Source: Parcubacteria group bacterium
Lineage (GTDB): Bacteria; Patescibacteriota; Minisyncoccia; Moranbacterales; UBA11712
Direction of reading: 5' to 3'
NCBI GenBank assembly: GCA_041659685.1
Contig: JBAZXV010000006.1
Location: 2,032-66,031, forward strand
Length of the DNA stretch: 64,000 nucleotides
The notes beneath the pieces were generated by a model. The model ran no database searches. It saw only the letters and a list, made by a program, of their open reading frames with translations, and had not been told where the DNA came from. The position numbers and the translations under genes were made by a program. Every line of letters starts with the position of its first letter. Position 1 is the first letter of the stretch. Shown here piece after piece: positions 27,551 through 36,935 of this stretch.

Positions 27551-28177
27551 ATGAAAAACATCATTATTTTTGACGCGGATGGCGTGGTGGTTAAAAGAGA
27601 AATTTATTTCAATTCCCGACTTGAACGTGATTATGGAATACCTGCTGAAGAAACGGCGCCTTTTTTTAAAAATGAATATAAACTTTGCGCGGTGGGGAAG
27701 GCGGATTTGGAAGAAGAACTTGAAAAGCATATCGACGCTTGGGGATGGAAGGGGACGATGGATGAGCTAATCAAATATTGGTTTGAGAGTGAACGGGAGC
27801 TTGATGAGGAAATAGTTCAAGAAATAAAATCTCTGCAAGAATTGGGATATATGTGTTGCCTCGCGACAAACAACGAAGCCTACAGGACGAAATATCTGGT
27901 TCAGGAGGTCGGTCTCGGGAAGGTTTTTGATAAAACATTCTCTTCTTCCCAACTTGGATATTTGAAATCGCAAAAAAGATTTTGGGAAGAGCTGTCCGAA
28001 AGACTGGAGGGTGTTAAGAGGAATGAAGTTCTGGTCTGGGACAATGATGAAGAAAACATTAAAGCCGCGAAGGAGTTTGGGTTTACAGCGCGGAGATACA
28101 GAGGATACGATGATTTTCGAACAGAAATGCAAAAATTATTTCCGCAAATTTCATTCATTCAGCCATTGAAAAAATGA
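27551..28177 (+). CDS. HAD-superfamily hydrolase
   Basis: 208 aa; motif I IIFDADGVVV. Confidence 0.65.
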   Translation: MKNIIIFDADGVVVKREIYFNSRLERDYGIPAEETAPFFKNEYKLCAVGKADLEEELEKHIDAWGWKGTMDELIKYWFESERELDEEIVQEIKSLQELGYMCCLATNNEAYRTKYLVQEVGLGKVFDKTFSSSQLGYLKSQKRFWEELSERLEGVKRNEVLVWDNDEENIKAAKEFGFTARRYRGYDDFRTEMQKLFPQISFIQPLKK

Positions 28178-28680
28178 AAAAAAATATTATCCATGAACTT
28201 ATAATGTGCACGAATGTTTTTGTCCGGAAGGACGGAAAATATTTACTCTTAAAGCGCGCAGAGAATAAGAAGTGGGCGCCGGGCAAGGTGCATGCGATCG
28301 GCGGAAAGATAGACCCGAATGAAAATCCCTTGGAAGGGGCGAAGAGAGAGCTTTGGGAAGAATCCGGGATCCGGGCAAATAATTATAAACTCGAGGTGGT
28401 GTTTCTTGAGATTGCCCCTTATGCCGATGATCCCAATAATTGGCTGGTTTTTTATTTCACCGCCGATTACGAATCGGGAGAACCAAAAGGAAGCGAAGAA
28501 GGGGATCTGCTTTGGCTGTCGCCGGATGAAATATACGGGTCCGATCTTATCTCTTCGATGAAACCGGTAATTAAAAATATTCTGAACCCGAAGGACGGGA
28601 CGATTTTTGGAACATTAACCTATGATGGCAAAAACAACGTAATAATTGGGAAAAGCCGAATAAAAATATGCCCAGCCTGA
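28174..28680 (+). CDS. NUDIX hydrolase
   Basis: 168 aa; Nudix box GGKIDPNENPLEGAKRELWEESGI. Confidence 0.75.
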   Translation: MKKNIIHELIMCTNVFVRKDGKYLLLKRAENKKWAPGKVHAIGGKIDPNENPLEGAKRELWEESGIRANNYKLEVVFLEIAPYADDPNNWLVFYFTADYESGEPKGSEEGDLLWLSPDEIYGSDLISSMKPVIKNILNPKDGTIFGTLTYDGKNNVIIGKSRIKICPA

Positions 28681-28764
28681 AGATCGAAATGCTTAAATGG
28701 AGAACCTTTGTGGAGGTTCTTTTATGCTGGTAGAATATTTAAGTAAAAGCTAATAAATAATATT

Positions 28765-29847
28765 ATGTCAAAAAAAATCAACCTCGCCGTTATTTTCGGC
28801 GGAAAGTCCGGGGAACATGAAGTTTCTCTTTCATCAGCCAGGGGAGTGATGGGAAATCTCGACAAAGAAAAATACAATATAATTCCAATCGCCATCACGA
28901 AGAAAGGGAATTGGCTGATCGGGGACAAAGGGGCGGAATACATGAAGTTAAATTCAGACAAAGCCGGAAAGGAAGGAGCGATCAGTGCAGAGGAGTCGCA
29001 AAAGCTCGTCACGATTTCCGAAGAAGAGAAAAGTTTCGTGAAATACGCAGAGGGAAATATAAACGGAAAGATAGATATGGTTTTTCCGATTCTGCACGGG
29101 CCGTTCGGCGAAGACGGGCGGCTTCAGGGCATGCTTGATATGCTCGGCGTGCCGTATGTTTTCTCGGGAGTGCTTGCGCACGCACTCGGAATGAACAAAC
29201 CGAAAGCGAAAATAATTGCCGCAAAATTTGGAGTGCCGGTGCCGGATGATGTGGTGGTCAAAAGGGGAGAAGAACTCAATCTCGAAGAAATAATCGAAAA
29301 GTTGGCTCTTCCTATGATGGTAAAGCCATCGGAACTCGGATCCTCAGTCGGAATTTCTCTCGTCAAAACCAAAGAGGAGTTAGAAAGGGGAATTCGGGAT
29401 GCATTTTCTCATGGAGATGAAGTAATTCTCGAGCAATATATCAAAGGAAGAGAGTTCACGGTGACGGTTATGGGAAGTGATGATCCAAAAGTCTTGGCCA
29501 TTACGGAAATTATTCCTGTCATTTCGGAATTCTATGACTACAAGGCCAAATACGAAGACGGGGGATCAAAACACGTTTGCCCGGCCGAAATTTCAAAAGA
29601 AGACGAGGAAAAATTGAATCAATGCGCCGTGGCTACCTTCAAAGCAATTGGATGCCAGGATCTCGCCCGCGTCGATTTTCTCTGGAGCGAAAAGAATAAC
29701 GAATATTATTTCACCGACATCAACACCATTCCCGGCATGACCCCGACGAGTCTTGCCCCGGAAGCCGCCAGGCGGGCCGGCATGGACTTTTCACAGTTTC
29801 TCGACAGGCTGATTGAGGGCGCGATGAAAAGATCTAGTATTGGATGA
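28765..29847 (+). CDS. ddl: D-alanine--D-alanine ligase
   Basis: 360 aa; N-terminal INLAVIFGGKSGEHEVSLSSA and ATP-grasp fold typical of Ddl. Confidence 0.85.
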   Translation: MSKKINLAVIFGGKSGEHEVSLSSARGVMGNLDKEKYNIIPIAITKKGNWLIGDKGAEYMKLNSDKAGKEGAISAEESQKLVTISEEEKSFVKYAEGNINGKIDMVFPILHGPFGEDGRLQGMLDMLGVPYVFSGVLAHALGMNKPKAKIIAAKFGVPVPDDVVVKRGEELNLEEIIEKLALPMMVKPSELGSSVGISLVKTKEELERGIRDAFSHGDEVILEQYIKGREFTVTVMGSDDPKVLAITEIIPVISEFYDYKAKYEDGGSKHVCPAEISKEDEEKLNQCAVATFKAIGCQDLARVDFLWSEKNNEYYFTDINTIPGMTPTSLAPEAARRAGMDFSQFLDRLIEGAMKRSSIG

Positions 29848-29937
29848 ATGCAAATAATTAATGGAAAGTTTTTAAGAAGAAGATGCAACTGAGCATCTTC
29901 TTCTTGTAATAATGAATTAGCGTGTTAATATTGGAAT

Positions 29938-31569
29938 ATGATTAGCAAAATTCCTAAGCCAATCGTCGAAATTATCCAAAAACTCGAAATGGCCGGTTTT
30001 GAGGCTTTTGTCGTGGGCGGGTGCGTGCGAGACCTTCTTATGGATGTTGAGCCGAAGGATTGGGACGTGACGACGATTGCGAAGCCGGAAGAAATTGTGA
30101 AAATATTTCCAGATAGTTTTTATGAAAATAAGTTTGGGACTGTTGGGGTAAAGATTAGGAATTATGAATTAGGAATTATGAATTATGGAGATAAAGAGGG
30201 AATAAGCGTGGTTGAAGTGACGACCTATCGCGTTGAGTCGAAATATTCTGACAAGAGGCATCCGGATGAGGTGAAGTTCGCGAAGACGCTGGAAGAAGAT
30301 TTGAGCCGGAGAGACTTTACAATTAACGCTCTCGCGTTAAAAATATCCAATATCCAATATCTCCCCCTACGGGGGACCACCCGCAGGGTGGCAATATCCA
30401 ACAAAATCTCAAAATTTAAATCTCAAAATACTAAATACCGGACACTAGATGCTAAATACGAGATTATTGATTTGTATGACGGGCAAAAGGATCTCCAAAA
30501 GAAAATCATTCGCGCGGTGGGGGATCCGGATGAACGCTTTGACGAGGACGCGCTTCGAATGATGCGGGCGGTGCGGTTTGCGGTGACGCTCGGAGGAGAC
30601 ATTGCCGTTAAGAAAACCGATGGTCCAAGAAAATTGAATGAAAAACTTCCGTTTGAAATCGAAGAGAAAACCAAAAAGGCAATTGCAAAAAACGCTAAGA
30701 ATTTGAAATATATCGCTCTTGAAAGGATCCAGGATGAGCTTAATAAAATTCTGGTTTCGGATTTTGCCGCTGAAGGAATTGAATTATTAAGAGAATTGAA
30801 ACTGCTTCAATATGTCATTCCCGAACTCGAAAGAGGATACGGAGTGGGACAAAACCGCCATCACATTTACACTATTTATGAACATTTGATTCTTTCGCTC
30901 AAAAATTGTCCTTCGAAAAAAATTGAAGTGCGCCTGGCGGCTCTTCTTCATGATATCGCAAAACCGGAAACAAAGAGGGGCGAGGGCGCATATTCGACGT
31001 TCTATAACCACGATCATGTCGGAGCGCGGGTGGCCGAGAAAATTTTGCGACGGCTGAAATATTCAAACGACGCTATTCAGAAAGTCAGGCTGCTCGTTGA
31101 CCACCATATGTTTTATTACAACGTTGACGAAGTGGGTGCCTCAAGCGTGCGGCGGCTTGTTCAAAAAGTGGGGCTTGAAAATATCGATGATCTTATTGAT
31201 CTTCGCGTCGGCGATCGGCTGGGGTCGGGAGTTCCAAAGGCTGTGCCGTATAAACTCCGCCACTTCAAGTATATGGTGGATAAAGTTTCGAGCGACCCGC
31301 TTTCGGTTAAAATGCTCAAAGTGGACGGCAATGACCTCATGAAAGAGCTTAAGCTTGAACCCGGTCCGAAAATCGGCGCCGTTTTAGACGTTCTCCTTTC
31401 AGAGGTTATTGAAAATCCAAATGAAAATAAGAAGGAAATATTGCTGAAGAGAGCAAAAAAATTATCGGAAGAAAATTTGCCAAAACTTCGCGAAATGGCG
31501 AAGGAAAAAATTGAAGAAAAAAAAGAGGAGGAAGATAAGGAAATTAAGAAAAAATATTGGGTGAAGTGA
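29938..31569 (+). CDS. cca: CCA-adding tRNA nucleotidyltransferase with HD domain; carries an in-frame ~35-aa insertion that contains a genomic repeat
   Basis: 543 aa; Pol-beta head GGCVRDLLM; RDFTINALAL then inserted segment KISNIQYLPLRGTTRRVAISNKISKFKSQNTKYRTLDAKYEIIDLYDG before the usual GQKDL; HD domain LHDIAKP; K/E-rich tail. Confidence 0.75.
   Translation: MISKIPKPIVEIIQKLEMAGFEAFVVGGCVRDLLMDVEPKDWDVTTIAKPEEIVKIFPDSFYENKFGTVGVKIRNYELGIMNYGDKEGISVVEVTTYRVESKYSDKRHPDEVKFAKTLEEDLSRRDFTINALALKISNIQYLPLRGTTRRVAISNKISKFKSQNTKYRTLDAKYEIIDLYDGQKDLQKKIIRAVGDPDERFDEDALRMMRAVRFAVTLGGDIAVKKTDGPRKLNEKLPFEIEEKTKKAIAKNAKNLKYIALERIQDELNKILVSDFAAEGIELLRELKLLQYVIPELERGYGVGQNRHHIYTIYEHLILSLKNCPSKKIEVRLAALLHDIAKPETKRGEGAYSTFYNHDHVGARVAEKILRRLKYSNDAIQKVRLLVDHHMFYYNVDEVGASSVRRLVQKVGLENIDDLIDLRVGDRLGSGVPKAVPYKLRHFKYMVDKVSSDPLSVKMLKVDGNDLMKELKLEPGPKIGAVLDVLLSEVIENPNENKKEILLKRAKKLSEENLPKLREMAKEKIEEKKEEEDKEIKKKYWVK
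30360..30401 (+). repeat. Twin-hairpin ~42-bp repeat (TCTCCCCCTACGGGGGACCACCCGCAGGGTGGCAATATCCAA), copy inside the cca coding sequence
   Basis: Two adjacent hairpins CCCCC-TAC-GGGGG and CCACCC-GCA-GGGTGG; flanked by AATATCCAA direct repeats. A second copy lies at 39702-39743. Confidence 0.8.
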
Positions 31570-31640
31570 TTTTTGTATTTGGTATATATTTTTATCAATT
31601 AAATACAAGATACTAGCTACTAAATACTAGATACCAAATC

Positions 31641-32255
31641 TTGGCTTATCAAATTTCCCACGTCGTCTACGCAAAGAAATACCTTGAAAAAAATCCAAGG
31701 AGCGACGCAGACGCTTTCATGCTCGGGACGCTTTTTCCGGATGTCCGCAAAGTAGCTCCGGAGATCAGAAGGCGCGATACGCATTTTATTCTTCAGGAAC
31801 TTAATCCTGACTTTTCCAAGCTGTCTCCTTTCCGGGCCGGTTGGAAATTTCATCTTTGGTGCGACATGAGGCGGGAAGAGATTCTTAATGGATATGAATT
31901 TTATTCCCTGGGGGAAATCACCGATTATGAAGATGGGCTGACGGCGAAACTTTTGGAGGATGAGCTGGTATATGAAAGATACAATAATTGGGAAAAATTA
32001 TGTTATCTTCTCAACAATCCTCCGGCAATAGAAAGCTCCCTTCCCGTTTCACAGGAAACAATCGAGAGATGGTATGCGGTAATTGCGAAGTATTTTGAAA
32101 AAAAACCGGATGACAGGACCATAAAAATATTTCTCATGAAACAGCCATCGTTTGCGGATGACGCCGAAGGGATTATTGACTCACTTCGAAAATTGAGGAA
32201 TAATCTTAAGGTGGCGGAAATACTGACTAAAATTTCTGAAGAAATCATAATATAG
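31641..32255 (+). CDS. Hypothetical protein
   Basis: 204 aa; no recognisable motif. Confidence 0.4.
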   Translation: MAYQISHVVYAKKYLEKNPRSDADAFMLGTLFPDVRKVAPEIRRRDTHFILQELNPDFSKLSPFRAGWKFHLWCDMRREEILNGYEFYSLGEITDYEDGLTAKLLEDELVYERYNNWEKLCYLLNNPPAIESSLPVSQETIERWYAVIAKYFEKKPDDRTIKIFLMKQPSFADDAEGIIDSLRKLRNNLKVAEILTKISEEIII

Positions 32256-32277
32256 CTCCTTGCGGGCAACAAATAAA

Positions 32278-32643
32278 ATGAAAATTTATTTCGGGCATTC
32301 AAAAAAATTTGATTACAAAAATGAACTCTATGATCCGATCCGAAAAAGCATTTTAAATGAAGAACATGAGATAGTTTTTCCCCATGAAATGAGCGAAGCG
32401 CCTTCGAACTCGAAAAATTTTTTGAAAACGCGCGACTTAATGATCGCGGAGCTGTCGTATCCGGCGACGGGACTCGGAATTGAATTGGGATGGGCGGATG
32501 CTTTCAACGTTCCCATTTTGGGTGTTTATAGAACCGGTTCAAAAGTTTCGAGTTCAGCAAAACTACTGACGGATAATTTCATTGAATATTCTGACCCAGC
32601 AGATTTAGTTGAAAAAATAAAAATATTTTTTAACGGGCTGTAG
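32278..32643 (+). CDS. Hypothetical protein, possibly nucleoside 2-deoxyribosyltransferase-like
   Basis: MKIYFGHS N-terminus and GIELGWA segment reminiscent of the Rossmann-like deoxyribosyltransferase fold. The 3' end overlaps tRNA-Pro by 10 nt. Confidence 0.3.
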   Translation: MKIYFGHSKKFDYKNELYDPIRKSILNEEHEIVFPHEMSEAPSNSKNFLKTRDLMIAELSYPATGLGIELGWADAFNVPILGVYRTGSKVSSSAKLLTDNFIEYSDPADLVEKIKIFFNGL

Positions 32644-32708
32644 TGTATCGGCAACACGCGCGATTCGGGTTCGTGAGACAGAGGGTTCGACTCCCTCCAG
32701 CCCGACCA
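32634..32708 (+). tRNA. tRNA-Pro (anticodon CGG) with encoded CCA
   Basis: Acceptor CGGGCTG/CAGCCCG; D-stem GTGT/ACAC; anticodon stem CGCGA/TCGTG with loop TTCGGGT; T-arm GAGGGTTCGACTCCCTC; then ACCA. Confidence 0.75.
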
Positions 32709-32722
32709 ATTAAAATATAAAA

Positions 32723-33133
32723 ATGAAAAAAGAACCAAAAGTAGGATTTGGAGTATACATCCTGAAAGAAAACAGGGTTTTGTTCGGCAAAAGAAAGAAT
32801 TCCCATGGCGAAGGAACCTGGTGCGCGACGGGCGGGCATCTTGAATTTGGAGAAAGTTTTGAAGAGGGCGCGAAAAGAGAAACAATGGAAGAGGCGGGGA
32901 TAGAAATAAAAAATATCAGAGTTGCCGGAATCACGAATGATTTTTTTGAAAAAGAGAATAAACATTACGTCACGGTGGCGCTGGTGGCGGATTACGCAAG
33001 CGGGGAAGTAAAAATGATGGAGCCTGACAAATGGGTGGAATGGGACTGGTTTTCGTGGGATAATCTGCCGAATTCGCTCTTTCTCACGACGGAACATCTG
33101 CTTGAACAAGGATTTAATCCTTTCGAAAAATGA
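32723..33133 (+). CDS. NUDIX hydrolase
   Basis: 136 aa; Nudix box GGHLEFGESFEEGAKRETMEEAGI. Confidence 0.75.
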   Translation: MKKEPKVGFGVYILKENRVLFGKRKNSHGEGTWCATGGHLEFGESFEEGAKRETMEEAGIEIKNIRVAGITNDFFEKENKHYVTVALVADYASGEVKMMEPDKWVEWDWFSWDNLPNSLFLTTEHLLEQGFNPFEK

Positions 33134-33320
33134 TGCGAATGCCGGAATAAAATGATCAGATTTTTATTCGGCCGCATTGAATATAAAAAGTAAGACTGCG
33201 CTGAAACAAACAATACATCGTCACTGGAAAGAATAATTTCGGAATTATATTTTCCGTAAGCGGCTGGAAAAAACGATTAACTGATATGTTCATAAACCCG
33301 GAAAGCATTATAAAAATTGT

Positions 33321-33698
33321 TTGAATCTGTTTGTGTTGATAAGCACAAAGTGTATAATAAAAAGAGATAAATACAAAAATATGATGAAGAAAAACAAAAA
33401 AAGCATTTCGGAGGAGGGCGGATCGGACTGGAAAGAAAAAATCGAAGGATATCTGGGAGAATTCGCCAAAAATCTGGCGGGGGGATTTCTTGAAAGAATC
33501 AAAAGCCAGCTTCACGATATTTACATTTCCATCCAAGAGCATGCCCTGGGGATGTTTTTTATTTTAACTGGGTTTGTTTTTGCGCTGATCGGGATTGCAG
33601 ATTTCATAAACGATGTGGTAAAAATCAGCAGCGGGGTCGGTTACGCGGTTGTCGGAATCGGCGCCTTGCTTATCGGACTAATTATTATAAAGAAATAA
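33321..33698 (+). CDS. Hypothetical membrane protein
   Basis: 125 aa; two C-terminal TM helices. Confidence 0.4.
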   Translation: MNLFVLISTKCIIKRDKYKNMMKKNKKSISEEGGSDWKEKIEGYLGEFAKNLAGGFLERIKSQLHDIYISIQEHALGMFFILTGFVFALIGIADFINDVVKISSGVGYAVVGIGALLIGLIIIKK

Positions 33699-33791
33699 GC
33701 ACTGCAATAGTGCTTGAAATTGCATCGTTCGCCTCAATCTGTTCCGCCCTGGCGGTACGTTTGCAGGCCCGTTAGCAATTGCAAAAAAATT

Positions 33792-34013
33792 ATGAACAAA
33801 AAAGAGGCAAAGAAAAAAGCCGAAGAGCTTAAGAAGAAAATGAAGGTTATGGCGGCCAAGGAGCTGAAGAAAGCAAAAGCGGAATTGGTGAAAGCGGGGA
33901 AGAAAGTCGAAGAGTTTGTCAAAAAGAATCCGGAAAAGGCGGCGATTATTTCAGCTGGCATTGGTGCGGCCATCGGTGCAGCAATTGCGTCTCTTGCCCG
34001 GAAGAAAAAATAG
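33792..34013 (+). CDS. Small Lys/Ala-rich protein
   Basis: ATG at 33792 (MNKKEAKKKAEELKKKMKVMAAKELKKAKAELVKAGKKVEEF...); followed by a strong terminator. Confidence 0.35.
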   Translation: MNKKEAKKKAEELKKKMKVMAAKELKKAKAELVKAGKKVEEFVKKNPEKAAIISAGIGAAIGAAIASLARKKK

Positions 34014-34043
34014 TTTTCGCAGTTTGAAGCGAATGTTTATTTT

Positions 34044-34076
34044 CCCCGCCCCGCGCTCGTATGCGGGGCGGGATTT
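34044..34076 (+). terminator. Rho-independent terminator
   Basis: CCCCGCCCCGCGC-TCGTAT-GCGGGGCGGG followed by ATTTT. Confidence 0.6.
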
Positions 34077-34127
34077 TACATTCTGACAAAGATTCGCTAG
34101 TATTTTATTGTTGTAGCATTAATCTAC

Positions 34128-34655
34128 ATGAAAGTCATTAGAGGTAAAAAATTCATTCTTCGGCCGCTGAAGATGGGTGACGCGCAGTCAATTACAGAAA
34201 ACGCAAACGACAAAATGGTCTCGCGTGGGATGGGTCATATGCCATATCCGTATAAATTGAAAGACGCGGAGGGGTTTTTGGCTGAAGTTATGAAAGACTA
34301 CAAACGAAAAAAGCCGGATCATTTCCGCCTAGCAATTGAAATCGACGGAAAAGCGGTTGGTGTAATCGGTCTTCATGTCTGGCAAAAAAGAGAAAGTCAT
34401 CGGGCGGAAATCGGATATTGGATTGGAAAAAAATATTGGGGAAAGGGCATTGTCTCAGAAGCGGTTGGAAAAGTGGTCAAATGTGGCTTTGATAATTTGA
34501 AATTTTTCAGGATTTATGCCCACGTTGTGCCTTTCAACAAGGCTTCAATGAAGGTGCTCAAAAAAAATAAATTCAAATTTGAGGGAATACTCAAGAAAAA
34601 CGCGAAAAAAGACAATAAGTTTATTGATCATTGCCTTTTTGCAAAAGTAAAATAA
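34128..34655 (+). CDS. GNAT-family N-acetyltransferase (RimJ/RimL-like)
   Basis: 175 aa; acetyl-CoA binding region IGYWIGKKYWGKGIVSEAV. Confidence 0.7.
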   Translation: MKVIRGKKFILRPLKMGDAQSITENANDKMVSRGMGHMPYPYKLKDAEGFLAEVMKDYKRKKPDHFRLAIEIDGKAVGVIGLHVWQKRESHRAEIGYWIGKKYWGKGIVSEAVGKVVKCGFDNLKFFRIYAHVVPFNKASMKVLKKNKFKFEGILKKNAKKDNKFIDHCLFAKVK

Positions 34656-34660
34656 TATTT

Positions 34661-34954
34661 ATGAAATTCGTCATCGAAAGTCCAACAATGAGCGTCGTCA
34701 ATTTTTTCCGCCGGGCCGGTTACGCTTTCCAAAAGCGGGAAGGTGACGAGATGGCCTTTGTGCGCCGGCTCACCGATCAGCCGTTTCCCCGGCTCCATCT
34801 TTTTGTGCGAATCGCGGATTACAATTTTCATGTCAGCTTCCATATTGACCACAAAGCGGCGAGCTACGAAGGAACGAGTATGCACAGCGGAGAATACGGC
34901 GAAGACAGCAAATTGCTTCAAGAAGAAGCGGAAAGATTGAAAAAAATTGCGTAA
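34661..34954 (+). CDS. Hypothetical protein
   Basis: The ATG at 34661 (MKFVIESPTMSVV...) is preferred over the overlapping upstream start. Confidence 0.35.
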   Translation: MKFVIESPTMSVVNFFRRAGYAFQKREGDEMAFVRRLTDQPFPRLHLFVRIADYNFHVSFHIDHKAASYEGTSMHSGEYGEDSKLLQEEAERLKKIA

Positions 34955-34966
34955 AGTATTTTAGAC

Positions 34967-35025
34967 GGGCCTGTCGTATAGTCCCGCCATATTTATCCGC
35001 CTTTGGCGGAGGCGGGCAGGGTCCA
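34967..35025 (+). pseudogene. tRNA-like chimera: tRNA 5' end (GGGCCTGTCGTATAGT) plus CCCGCC...GGCGGGCAGGGTCC module
   Basis: Starts like the adjacent tRNA-Ala. The middle is replaced by CCCGCCATATTTATCCGCCTTTGGCGGAGGCGGGCAGGGTCCACA with an inner CCGCC-TTT-GGCGG hairpin. No anticodon or T-arm. Confidence 0.45.
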
Positions 35026-35052
35026 CACACGGCATTCGTAAAACATTAAATC

Positions 35053-35123
35053 GGGCCTATGGTATAGTGGCAGAACGCGACATTCGCATTGTCGAGACGG
35101 CGGTTCGATTCCGCCTAGGTCCA
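35053..35123 (+). tRNA. tRNA-Ala (anticodon CGC)
   Basis: Acceptor GGGCCTA/TAGGTCC with G3:U70; anticodon stem CGACA/TGTCG with loop TTCGCAT; T-arm GGCGGTTCGATTCCGCC. Confidence 0.75.
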
Positions 35124-35139
35124 CAAAATAACAAATAGT

Positions 35140-35559
35140 ATGAAAGTAAAATTCTACAAAGTTATAAATTTTTCAGAAGAAACGGAAGTCAGAAGCTTAT
35201 CTGATTTTTATTTGCCAGAAAAAATAAAGCTTCCTTTTTATCCGCGCCTTTTCCGCGCCATTCAGCCATCAGAATTAGCGGTAAAAAATAAATTGGTTTT
35301 AGGAAACCATTATCATCCGAAAAAATCAAAACGCTGGGAATTTTTTGCCATTTCCGGAAAGCCTAAAGTTAATCTTTTTAAATTCAGGTATAAAATTGGA
35401 AAAAAAGTGAGGGAAAGACTATTAAAGAATGGCGATGCCATCCTTGTGCCCCAAGATATTTCGCATGCATTTCTGCCACTCAGGAAGGGAGTAATACTTT
35501 TTGAGCTATCGAATATTCCGTATAACAGAAGCCAGAGCGTAGCGGACAAAATTTTGTGA
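35140..35559 (+). CDS. Hypothetical protein, possibly cupin-like (FdtA/WxcM-like sugar ketoisomerase fold)
   Basis: 139 aa; LGNHYHPKKSKRWEFFAISGKPKV resembles the RGxHxH cupin core. Confidence 0.3.
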   Translation: MKVKFYKVINFSEETEVRSLSDFYLPEKIKLPFYPRLFRAIQPSELAVKNKLVLGNHYHPKKSKRWEFFAISGKPKVNLFKFRYKIGKKVRERLLKNGDAILVPQDISHAFLPLRKGVILFELSNIPYNRSQSVADKIL

Positions 35560-35577
35560 AATTACGGGTTAAAAAAT

Positions 35578-35664
35578 GGAGAGTTGGCTGAGTGGACGAA
35601 AGCGGCAGTTTCGAAAACTGCTGTCCTGGAAACGGGACCAGAGGTTCGAATCCTCTACTCTCCG
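35578..35664 (+). tRNA. tRNA-Ser (anticodon CGA)
   Basis: Acceptor GGAGAGT/ACTCTCC with discriminator G; anticodon stem GCAGT/ACTGC with loop TTCGAAA; long variable arm; T-arm AGAGGTTCGAATCCTCT. Confidence 0.8.
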
Positions 35665-35950
35665 AATTTATAATTTTGGCGTGGTGAGGTTTCATCCTAC
35701 GGGTGACTACTCGTCAAGGCGGCGACTCCCTCCCTCTCCGCATCTATCTAAGATCAGTCTTATCGCTCACTTTTGTAAGTGTCTGGTAGGGCTGTTTTAG
35801 TTTGAAACAAGCCATATTTTATTTTCCACGGAAGCGTTCAAAGGTATTTTTTTCAGGGCTTATTTTTAGGTTGTTGACTGGAAATATCCAATTGAGCTAA
35901 TATGAGCTTAGAAATCAACAATCGCAATAATAACCAATAATTGAAAACTT

Positions 35951-36724
35951 ATGCCTTTTCGTGAACCAACCCCCAATGTAGTAGAAAAAAAAGAAAATCT
36001 CCCTAGTGTAGTTGCAATTTATGCAAAAGACATAACGAAAACACATGAAAGTAAATTTACTGAACAAGGATTTGGCCTCAGCCAAAAATTGGCCTCCCCT
36101 GAAACGACAACTATTTATTTTTGGGAAGGAAAACTCCACCCAACTAAACAAGAAAGAGAACGAAAGGCAGAGGAAACCGAAGGATACAGCAGTAGCAGCA
36201 ACAGCAAAGAAAGCTTGGAATTATTGGCACAAAATTTAGCAGCTAATCTTTTTGGCCGAAAAAACCCTGTTCTCGTTAGAGAAAATAAACCTTCCTACGA
36301 ACTCAAATTCACTCCCCCGCAAAAAGACCTTGGAGCGCAAGAAGGGACAATAATCCGAGGATTAACCCCTGAAGAAGAAAAAGAATTTCTTCAACATTAT
36401 AGAGAAGCACATCGAAGCTTACGGGAACAAAATCCTGATCCATGGGCAATGACTTCCGAAAAGTTGTATGGAAAGGTTCCAGATAAAGACCCGACATATG
36501 ATCCGGAAGGATATTATAGTCTGCTCGAAATTAATCCGCGCGAATTAGGTGGATTAGATGATCAGCAAACCGAAGCACTTATCAGAACAAATTTTCGCAG
36601 GCTAATAAAGAAACATCATTCAGATAAAGGGGGAACAAAAATTGGCTCCAGGCCGATACAAGAGGCTTACGATTTCCTGATGGACAAAGAGAAACGAGAT
36701 TCTTATGGGCTGTCTAAAACATAG
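35951..36724 (+). CDS. J-domain-like protein (DnaJ domain at C-terminus, variant HSD instead of HPD)
   Basis: 257 aa; C-terminal YYSLLEINPRELGGLDDQQTEALIRTNFRRLIKKHHSDKGG. Confidence 0.4.
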   Translation: MPFREPTPNVVEKKENLPSVVAIYAKDITKTHESKFTEQGFGLSQKLASPETTTIYFWEGKLHPTKQERERKAEETEGYSSSSNSKESLELLAQNLAANLFGRKNPVLVRENKPSYELKFTPPQKDLGAQEGTIIRGLTPEEEKEFLQHYREAHRSLREQNPDPWAMTSEKLYGKVPDKDPTYDPEGYYSLLEINPRELGGLDDQQTEALIRTNFRRLIKKHHSDKGGTKIGSRPIQEAYDFLMDKEKRDSYGLSKT

Positions 36725-36935
36725 TATGGGAAAGAATGATTTTCAAGATCTGACTTTCATCTCAAAGCGATTAAAAAGCAAAATAATATTCTTAGAAACC
36801 ATCAGCATTAAACTGGTGGTTTTTTCTGGCTAAAATATTATCTATCCAGTATTATAGCAATGTGGGGAAGCCAGCGTTCTCACTTTATCCCAGGTTTCCT
36901 GCTAATATGTTTATTGCTTCCGGGAAAGCACTAAT

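Noticed and set aside
33714-33791. N-terminal extension of the Lys-rich small protein ORF (MKLHRSPQSVPPWRYVCRPVSNCKKI)
   Set aside because: Upstream part lacks coding character and an RBS. ATG at 33792 preceded by an A-rich region is preferred.
35576-35800. 74-aa ORF overlapping tRNA-Ser
   Set aside because: Coincides with the tRNA gene on the same strand.
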